64,000 nucleotides of DNA from an uncultured Acidobacteriia bacterium (GTDB lineage Bacteria; Acidobacteriota; Terriglobia; Bryobacterales; Bryobacteraceae), in assembly GCA_903828455.1 (NCBI GenBank), contig CAIKMJ010000036.1, positions 35,973 to 99,972 on the forward strand. Reading direction: 5' to 3'. Position 1 is the first letter of the stretch. The number at the start of each line of letters is the position of its first letter. The notes under the pieces are model-generated. The model was given only the letters and a program-made list of their open reading frames with translations, was not told the origin of the DNA and ran no database searches. Below, piece by piece: positions 58,155-64,000 of the stretch. Made by a program: the position numbers and the translations under genes.

Positions 58155-59204
58155 GTGCCGCTGCAGCCTAAATTTCGGATCACCAACGCCATCGCGGGGA
58201 ACCTGACCCGGATTGAACGCGCGCGAGGTTTTCTGGATGCCGCGAGGCTCTCCGAGGACTGGATCGCCGGGATGCAGCAGCGGGCTTTGGTACTCGAGGC
58301 GCATCACACGACGCACATCGAAGGCACCCACCTGACGCTCGACCAGTCCGAACGTCTGCTCGCGGGCGAGAAGCCCGACGGCGTGAAGGCCGACGACGCC
58401 AAAGAAGTTACGAATTACCGGAAAGCAGTTGACCTGGTCGCGGACTATCTGGGCAGTGGTGATCCGGTCACCGAAGGTCTGATTCGCGAAATCCATAAGC
58501 GGCTGGTCCGCGGCGTGCGAGGGAATGCGGCCGCGCCCGGTGAGTATCGCAAGATTCAGAACTACGTGGCGAATTCGCTCACGAAAGAGGTCATATACAC
58601 GCCGCCTGCACCGCAGGAAGTTCCGCCGCTGATGGCGGAGTTCGTCTTATGGCTGAATGCGGAGCAGGATGTGCATCCGATCCTCGTAGCCGGAATAGCG
58701 CAGTTTCAGCTCGTCCACATTCATCCGTTTCTGGACGGCAACGGCAGGACGGCGCGGTTACTGTCGATGCTCTGCCTGTATCGCAAAGGCTACGATTTCA
58801 AGCGGCTGTTCACGCTGAGCGAATACTACGATCGCGACCGCCCCAGCTACTACCGGGCTATTCAGAGTGTGCGAAAACGCGATCTTGATCTGACCGAATG
58901 GCTGGAGTACTTCACTTTCGGCTTGCAGTGGCAACTGGCCGAAGTGCAGGAGAAGGGCGAGACGCTCATCCGCATGGATGTTCTCGCAAAAAAACATAAG
59001 CTGTCGGCCCGGCAAATAGTGGCGCTCGAACTGGCCCAGCAGGGCGCTACATTCCAGATGCAGGATTTCGAAGCCCGATGCCCGGGAGTGCACCGGCGCT
59101 CACTGCAGCGTGATCTCCGGGAACTTGTCGATGCCGGCCTGCTCGAAGTAACGGGTGCCACGAACCGTCTGGTTTACATGGCCCCGGGCAGTCGCCAAAA
59201 CTAG
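58155..59204 (+). CDS. Fic-family protein (AMPylase-type) with N-terminal inhibitory motif and C-terminal winged-helix domain
   Basis: ORF 58095..59204. GTG 58155 follows AGGAA, with an alternative GTG at 58095. Fic motif [16 protein letters not shown], inhibitory (S/T)xxxE(G/N) as TTHIEG, and a C-terminal wHTH-like [14 protein letters not shown]. Confidence 0.85.
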   Translation: MPLQPKFRITNAIAGNLTRIERARGFLDAARLSEDWIAGMQQRALVLEAHHTTHIEGTHLTLDQSERLLAGEKPDGVKADDAKEVTNYRKAVDLVADYLGSGDPVTEGLIREIHKRLVRGVRGNAAAPGEYRKIQNYVANSLTKEVIYTPPAPQEVPPLMAEFVLWLNAEQDVHPILVAGIAQFQLVHIHPFLDGNGRTARLLSMLCLYRKGYDFKRLFTLSEYYDRDRPSYYRAIQSVRKRDLDLTEWLEYFTFGLQWQLAEVQEKGETLIRMDVLAKKHKLSARQIVALELAQQGATFQMQDFEARCPGVHRRSLQRDLRELVDAGLLEVTGATNRLVYMAPGSRQN

Positions 59205-59268
59205 CGACAAGCTTGCGACACAACTAGCGACACACTTGCGACACAACTAGCGACAAACTTGCGACAGG
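59191..59268. repeat. 23-bp x3 (11-12-bp sub-unit x6) tandem repeat starting in the last codons and stop of the Fic gene
   Basis: gtcgccaaaactag (real TAG at 59202-59204), cgacaagcttgcgacacaactag (59205-59227), cgacacacttgcgacacaactag (59228-59250), cgacaaacttgcgacagg (59251-59268). Confidence 0.9.
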
Positions 59269-59337
59269 CATGCGTCATCCCCCGCAGAATTCATTGATTG
59301 TTCGAAAAAACAAGAATCGGGGTCCGAGATGGATGAA

Positions 59338-59354
59338 AACTGTGATTCACAGTT
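59338..59354. promoter_or_regulatory. perfect 17-bp palindrome AACTGTGA-T-TCACAGTT in the non-coding part of the islet
   Basis: Read directly: 8-bp arms around a single central base. It looks like a dimeric HTH operator (a TGTGA/TCACA half-site pair, but with 1-nt rather than 6-nt spacing). Confidence 0.4.
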
Positions 59355-59389
59355 GTGTTTTCATGCACTTAGACGCCCATTGCTGTCAA

Positions 59390-59665
59390 TCGTTGTGTCA
59401 GGTGGAAATTGAGCCATATGTTTTTCTTCCTAACTCCAACACCCTGCTTCGGTTGACAGCAGCGGCTCCCCGCTCCCGCCCGTATCCCCCACATTCCGCA
59501 GTTCTTGCCCGATTCCGCCCCTCTCTGGCTTGAAACTCGGTGGCTCGTAGGTGCGCGATCAACCCCGGCGTTGCGTTCGGCCCCCCGCAACTTATCCTGC
59601 GAACTCTCCCTTTTCTCTGTTGACAGGTCGCGTTTGTTGACGGCCCCGTCTAACACGGTAACCAT
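59390..59665 (+). repeat. direct repeat copy B (see copy A)
   Basis: Same ordered conserved blocks as copy A, roughly two-thirds identical by eye. The longest identical blocks are ttttctctgttgacagg (17 bp) and tttgttgacggccccgtc (18 bp). Confidence 0.8.
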
Positions 59666-59878
59666 GAGAATAAGTTTCAAAACAGACAGACGGGGCGTGC
59701 TGAGCCACACCCCGCGCTTTCGTCTCTCTCAACTCACGCGGCCGCCAATGAGGCTATCGCGAGTTGATGCAGCCTATAGCCGCTCTCCCCGAGGATATCC
59801 GATCAGGCGGCCGACGGCTCCGGTGTGGCGCTGACGGCGGGCCCCGCCCCAAACCGCCATAGCTTACGCTCAAACTAA

Positions 59879-60775
59879 ATGCTCAACCGGGGCTACGCCT
59901 ACACCACCGTCATCAGCAGCCAATACCACGGGCAAACCCTGCTCTCCCACCTGGCGGACCTTTACCCCCACTCAACCCCGCAAGCCTGGCAACAAAAACT
60001 AAACAACGGAGAAGTCACCCTCAACGGCGTCACCGCCACCGGAAGCGAATCGGTAGTGCTGGGTCAAACCCTTGTCTGGAACCGTCCGCCCTGGGTCGAG
60101 CCCGACGCCCCGCGGCACTTCGAAGTCCTGTTTGAAGACACCCATCTGTTGGCCGTCAACAAGCCCGGCGGCTTGCCCACGCTCCCCGGCGGCGGCTTCA
60201 TGGAGAACACCCTCCTGCGCCTCGTGCAAGCGCGAACGCCCGGCGCGAACCCCGTCCACCGGTTGGGCCGGGCCACCACCGGCGTCGTGCTCTTCGCCAA
60301 AACGCCGCAGGCAGCCTCGAACCTTTTCGCCAACTGGAACACGCCGAAGATTCAAAAAATCTACCGGGCTCTGGCGCAAAACGTAGCGCCGCAAGACTTC
60401 TACGAAATCCTCACTCCCATCGGCCTCGTGCCGCACCCGCTCATCGGTTCCGTGTGGGCCGCTCACCCGGGCGGCAAACCGTCAAAGTCACTGGCAACGG
60501 TGATCTCGCGCGGCCGCGGCACCACCACCTTCGAAGTATGCCTGCACTCGGGCCGCCCGCATCAAATCAGAATCCATCTGGCCTCCATCGGCCATCCTCT
60601 GGTCGGCGATCCTCTCTACGGCACAACCGGCATGCCTCTGGAAAATCTCCCCGGCCTGCCTGGCGATGGCGGTTATCTCCTGCACGCCCACTATCTGAGG
60701 TTCCAGCACCCCGTCACCGGCGAACTCATCCACCTTGAGGCAGCCTTGCCGCCCGCATTCTCATCGCACCGGTAA
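59879..60775 (+). CDS. RluA-family pseudouridine synthase
   Basis: 298 aa. S4-like N-terminus, catalytic [16 protein letters not shown] (HRLD-type motif with G in place of D), and KxYxAL (KIYRALA). Confidence 0.8.
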   Translation: MLNRGYAYTTVISSQYHGQTLLSHLADLYPHSTPQAWQQKLNNGEVTLNGVTATGSESVVLGQTLVWNRPPWVEPDAPRHFEVLFEDTHLLAVNKPGGLPTLPGGGFMENTLLRLVQARTPGANPVHRLGRATTGVVLFAKTPQAASNLFANWNTPKIQKIYRALAQNVAPQDFYEILTPIGLVPHPLIGSVWAAHPGGKPSKSLATVISRGRGTTTFEVCLHSGRPHQIRIHLASIGHPLVGDPLYGTTGMPLENLPGLPGDGGYLLHAHYLRFQHPVTGELIHLEAALPPAFSSHR

Positions 60776-61052
60776 GTTCACGGCGCAAATTCAATCCGCG
60801 CGACCGTTGAAGCCCGCGCGCCGCCGCCACCTGAAAGCCCGGCCTTCATTCGAGTTCACGATTCCGGCGCTCGCCCTCGCCCGGCTCCTGACCCGTCCGC
60901 CTCAGCGCCGGATCCCGCCTGACTCAAGCATCCGACTCAACCAAGAGAATCAATGCTTTGCCGCGCGATTCAGCGGGTTGCGCGTGTTATCCTACGCATT
61001 CAGTTTGAGACCGCTTTTGCGACCGCGTTCTCGCTGCACTCACTACAAATAT

Positions 61053-63272
61053 ATGAAGCTCACGTGGACCAAGACCGACGAGGCACCTGCCCTCGCGTCA
61101 TATGCCCTGCTGCCCATCCTGCAGGCGTTTTTCAAAGCAGCCGGAGTCGAGATCGAAACCGCCGACATCTCGCTGGCCGGGCGTATCGTCGCCAACTTCC
61201 CGGACCGTCTTCGTGACGACCAGAAGATTCCCGACGAACTGACCCGCCTCGGTCAGCTCGCAAAAACACCGGACGCCAACATCATTAAACTTCCCAACAT
61301 CAGCGCCTCCATCCCGCAGCTCCGGGAAGCGATCGCCGAACTGCAGGGCAAGGGCTACGACATTCCCGACTACCCCGAAGCGCCCTCTACCGACGAAGCG
61401 CGTGCCGTGCAGGCGCGCTATGCCGTCGTCCTCGGCTCGGCCGTGAACCCCGTGCTGCGCGAAGGCAATTCGGACCGCCGTGCCGCCGCTTCCGTGAAGT
61501 CGTTCGCGCAGAAGCATCCGCACAAAATGATGAAGAACTGGCCCGAGTCCGGTTCGGTGACGCGCGTCGCGCACATGAGCGACAAGGACTTCTATGGCAC
61601 CGAGAAATCCTTCACCGCTGCCGCCGCAACCGAAGTTCGCATCGAATTCGTCGATGCCTCCGGCGCCGTGAAAGTGCTGAAGCCGAAAGTGTCGCTGCTC
61701 GCGGGCGAAGTGATGGACTGCGCGGTGATGAATGTCGCGGCGCTGCGGAAGTTTTATGCCGAACAGATCGCCGCGGCAAAGGCCGACAACGCGCTCTTCT
61801 CGCTGCATCTGAAGTGCACCATGATGAAGGTCTCCGATCCCATCATGTTCGGGCACTGCGTGTCGGAATTCTTCGCCGATGCTCTGCGGAAGCATGCCGA
61901 TGCCCTCGCCGGGATCGGTGCCAGCGTCAACAATGGCCTCGCCGACGTGCTCAGTAAACTCGACAAACTGCCGGCGGAGAAGAAGGCCGAGATCGAAGCC
62001 GACATCGCGGCCTGCTATGCAACCCGTCCCGGCCTTGCCATGGTCGATTCGCGCGCCGGCAAGACCAACCTGCATGTCCCGAGCGACGTGATTGTCGACG
62101 CTTCCATGCCGGTCGTGATCCGCGATGGCGGCAAAATGTGGAACAAAGCCGACGAACTGCAGGACACCGTTGCCGTGATCCCCGACCGCTGCTACGCCAC
62201 CATGTATCAGGCCGCGATCGAGGACTGCAAAAAGAACGGACAGTTCGATCCGGCAACCATGGGCAGCGTCTCCAACGTGGGCCTCATGGCGCAGAAGGCG
62301 GAAGAGTACGGTTCGCACGATAAGACGTTTGCCGCGTCCGACAACGGCACCATCCGCATTGTGGATGCCGGCGGCGTCACGCTGCTCGAACAGAGCGTCG
62401 AACGCGGTGACATCTTCCGCGCCTGCCAGACGAAAGACGAAGCCATCCGCGACTGGGTCAAACTGGCCGTGACCCGCGCCAGGGCCGCCGGCACGCCCGC
62501 CGTGTTCTGGCTCGACCCCAACCGCGGCCACGATGCTCAGATCATCCTGAAGGTGAAGGCCTGCCTCGCCGAATACGATCTCTCGGGCCTCGAAATCAGC
62601 ATCATGACTCCGGTCGAGGCGATGAATTTCTCGCTCGCGCGCATCCGCCGCGGCGAAGACACCATCTCCGTTACCGGCAACGTGCTGCGCGACTATCTCA
62701 CGGACCTGTTCCCGATTCTCGAACTCGGCACCAGCGCCCGCATGCTCTCCATCGTGCCGCTGCTGCAGGGCGGCGCCATGCTCGAAACCGGCGCCGGCGG
62801 CTCGGCCCCCAAGCACGTGCAGCAGTTTGTGAAGGAAGGCCATCTGCGCTGGGATTCGCTCGGCGAGTACTGCGCCGTGGTCCCCTCGCTCGAACTGCTC
62901 GCGGCCAAAGGCGGCAGCCCGCGTGCGGCCCTCCTTGCGAAAACGCTCGATCAGGCCATAGGACAGTACCTCGAAGACGCCCGCTACCCCTCGGCGAAAG
63001 TGAATGAGATCGACAACCGCGGTTCGTCGTTCTATCTCGCAGTCGCATGGGCGGCGGCTCTCGCCGCGCAGAACGAAGACGCGGATCTGAAGCAGCGCTT
63101 CACTCCGGTGGCCGATGCGCTGAAGGCAGCCGAAGGCACAATCGCGCAGGAGTTGCTGGCCGCGCAGGGCAAACCGGTGGACATCGGGGGCTACTATTTC
63201 CCCGACGAAGCGAAATGCGCCGCGGCCATGCGGCCCAGCGCGACGCTGAACGCCATCATCGATCGCATCTAG
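61053..63272 (+). CDS. icd: isocitrate dehydrogenase (NADP), monomeric type
   Basis: ATG 61053 ([22 protein letters not shown]..), about 739 aa. Collinear with monomeric IDHs ([33 protein letters not shown]). The 106-aa N-terminal extension in the ORF track is rejected. Confidence 0.92.
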   Translation: MKLTWTKTDEAPALASYALLPILQAFFKAAGVEIETADISLAGRIVANFPDRLRDDQKIPDELTRLGQLAKTPDANIIKLPNISASIPQLREAIAELQGKGYDIPDYPEAPSTDEARAVQARYAVVLGSAVNPVLREGNSDRRAAASVKSFAQKHPHKMMKNWPESGSVTRVAHMSDKDFYGTEKSFTAAAATEVRIEFVDASGAVKVLKPKVSLLAGEVMDCAVMNVAALRKFYAEQIAAAKADNALFSLHLKCTMMKVSDPIMFGHCVSEFFADALRKHADALAGIGASVNNGLADVLSKLDKLPAEKKAEIEADIAACYATRPGLAMVDSRAGKTNLHVPSDVIVDASMPVVIRDGGKMWNKADELQDTVAVIPDRCYATMYQAAIEDCKKNGQFDPATMGSVSNVGLMAQKAEEYGSHDKTFAASDNGTIRIVDAGGVTLLEQSVERGDIFRACQTKDEAIRDWVKLAVTRARAAGTPAVFWLDPNRGHDAQIILKVKACLAEYDLSGLEISIMTPVEAMNFSLARIRRGEDTISVTGNVLRDYLTDLFPILELGTSARMLSIVPLLQGGAMLETGAGGSAPKHVQQFVKEGHLRWDSLGEYCAVVPSLELLAAKGGSPRAALLAKTLDQAIGQYLEDARYPSAKVNEIDNRGSSFYLAVAWAAALAAQNEDADLKQRFTPVADALKAAEGTIAQELLAAQGKPVDIGGYYFPDEAKCAAAMRPSATLNAIIDRI

Positions 63273-63294
63273 CCGTCATTCACGGTGCAAGGCA

Positions 63295-63328
63295 AAACGG
63301 TCACGGTCCGGCGCGGACGTGACCGTTT
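63295..63328. terminator. long hairpin after icd, between convergent genes
   Basis: aaacggtcacggtccg (63295-63310), loop gcg, cggacgtgaccgttt (63314-63328): 15 bp with one bulge. A T-rich stretch (gcttttctt) lies 15 nt downstream. Confidence 0.5.
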
Positions 63329-63423
63329 CGCGCGTCCGGGTGCTTTTCTTCCGAAACAGGCGCATACAGCGGCGGTGCCTGAAACAACCTCTCAACCTCT
63401 CACCGCACCCGCAGTAATCTGCG

Positions 63424-64000
63424 TTACTGACCGGACGAGGCGCCGCCGTTGCGCTGCCGTTCCTCGGCAGGCAGGCTGGCGAAATGGCCGCTGCCTTCCA
63501 CCACATTTAGTTTTTGCTGGATATCCAGCACCGAACTGAGGCTCTCGTGCGCCACCAGATACGTGGGTCGGTTTCCGCTCTGCTGCGCCAGAATGTAGAT
63601 GTATTCCGACAGCATTCCCAAAATCAGCGAAACGAAAAAGAACATCACGGCCATGGGCAGCGCCAGCGTGATCCAGCCTTCCACCACCCGCCGCTTAAAC
63701 AACGCCACGGCCACAACGTAGACGGCGAACAGCAGGCTGCCCGAACTCGCCAGAAACGCCGTCAGCGTAAGCAGCCGCAGCGGGCGAATGGAACTGCCCA
63801 GCAGAATCGTAACGCCGCGCGTAATGTTGCCCCACGCATTGCGCCGGCCGAATCCGGAGCTGCCGCGAAGCGCGCTGTACTCCACCGTCGCCACGCGGTT
63901 GGAAATAAAAAACGGCAGAATCTTCAGCAGCAGATGCCGGTCGCGGTTCTGCGTAATGTAGCTGACCACCCGCCGGCTGTACAAACACGCTCCGGACGTG
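63424..64000 (-). CDS. family-2 glycosyltransferase (GtrB/DPM1-like), C-terminal part; gene continues beyond window end
   Basis: ORF 63424..63984 and beyond. The C-terminal region has two TM helices (LLTLTAFLASSGSLLFAVYVVAVALF, WITLALPMAVMFFFVSLILGMLSEYI), typical of membrane-anchored GT2 enzymes. The catalytic domain lies outside the window. Confidence 0.6.
   Translation of the reverse strand, partial: TSGACLYSRRVVSYITQNRDRHLLLKILPFFISNRVATVEYSALRGSSGFGRRNAWGNITRGVTILLGSSIRPLRLLTLTAFLASSGSLLFAVYVVAVALFKRRVVEGWITLALPMAVMFFFVSLILGMLSEYIYILAQQSGNRPTYLVAHESLSSVLDIQQKLNVVEGSGHFASLPAEERQRNGGASSGQ

Larger units (their letters stand above)
56576..59665. mobile_element. putative integrated islet at the tRNA-Gln 3' end: large serine recombinase plus Fic, bounded by about 250-bp diverged direct repeats
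   Basis: It starts immediately after the tRNA and contains the recombinase and a Fic gene. Stretches are visibly more AT-rich than their surroundings. Direct repeats lie at 56577-56830 and 59390-59665. Confidence 0.55.

Noticed and set aside
60735-61052. 106-aa N-terminal extension of icd in the ORF track. The same applies to the extensions of coaBC (51018-51263), yicC (52833-53150), ftsY (41793-41855), adh (44747-44872) and Rieske (27845-27964)
   Set aside because: The conserved family N-termini ([37 protein letters not shown] and others) start at internal ATGs. The extensions are Arg/Pro-rich and overlap upstream intergenic or repeat sequence.

Overview
GC-rich bacterial chromosomal segment, densely coding on both strands, with no phage or plasmid backbone. 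I support about 58 protein genes, one tRNA-Gln, several intrinsic terminators and an unusually large number of short tandem repeats.

Gene content suggests an Acidobacteriota (Solibacter/Bryobacter-like) genome, but this is inference only. The cues are a PEP-CTERM protein, many secreted TPR/MBL/NHL proteins, a monomeric IDH, a GTP-PEPCK and a Rieske plus fused cytochrome b/c.

Main blocks, in order:
- waaA (partial), PAP2 phosphatase, NfrB-type c-di-GMP glycosyltransferase, kbl
- ABC ATPase, MBL hydrolase, RRM RNA-binding protein, PEP-CTERM protein
- metzincin-TPR fusion and an amidohydrolase
- argC-argB-NAGS-like operon, then queG
- a 706-aa radical SAM protein
- Rieske / cytochrome b-c
- LacD-type aldolase plus pckG
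- ribF, mazG, MFS transporter, SDR, ribE-ribD-ftsY, rnr
- ADH, then a DsbA-MauE-TlpA cluster
- yicC-gmk-rpoZ-coaBC-udg operon
- GAF protein, Ycf48-like propeller, tRNA-Gln
- a small lower-GC islet (large serine recombinase plus Fic) flanked by about 250-bp diverged direct repeats
- rluA-family synthase, icd, and a partial GT2

Most interesting observations:
1. A recurrent pattern in which the last codons plus the stop codon of a gene are copied 2-7 times in tandem just downstream. It occurs at five loci.
2. A Tes/GDGT-MAS-like radical SAM, a candidate membrane-spanning-lipid synthase.
3. A non-coding stretch at 8.5-9.4 kb holding 89-90-bp tandem repeats, a periodic GGAC array and a strong terminator hairpin, which together make a candidate sRNA.
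4. An extreme G-tract (G-quadruplex-prone) divergent promoter region.

All coordinates were derived by hand from the ORF track and the sequence. No searches were run, so family calls rest on motifs I recognise. Many long ORFs in the track are antisense or off-frame shadows typical of high-GC DNA and were not called.
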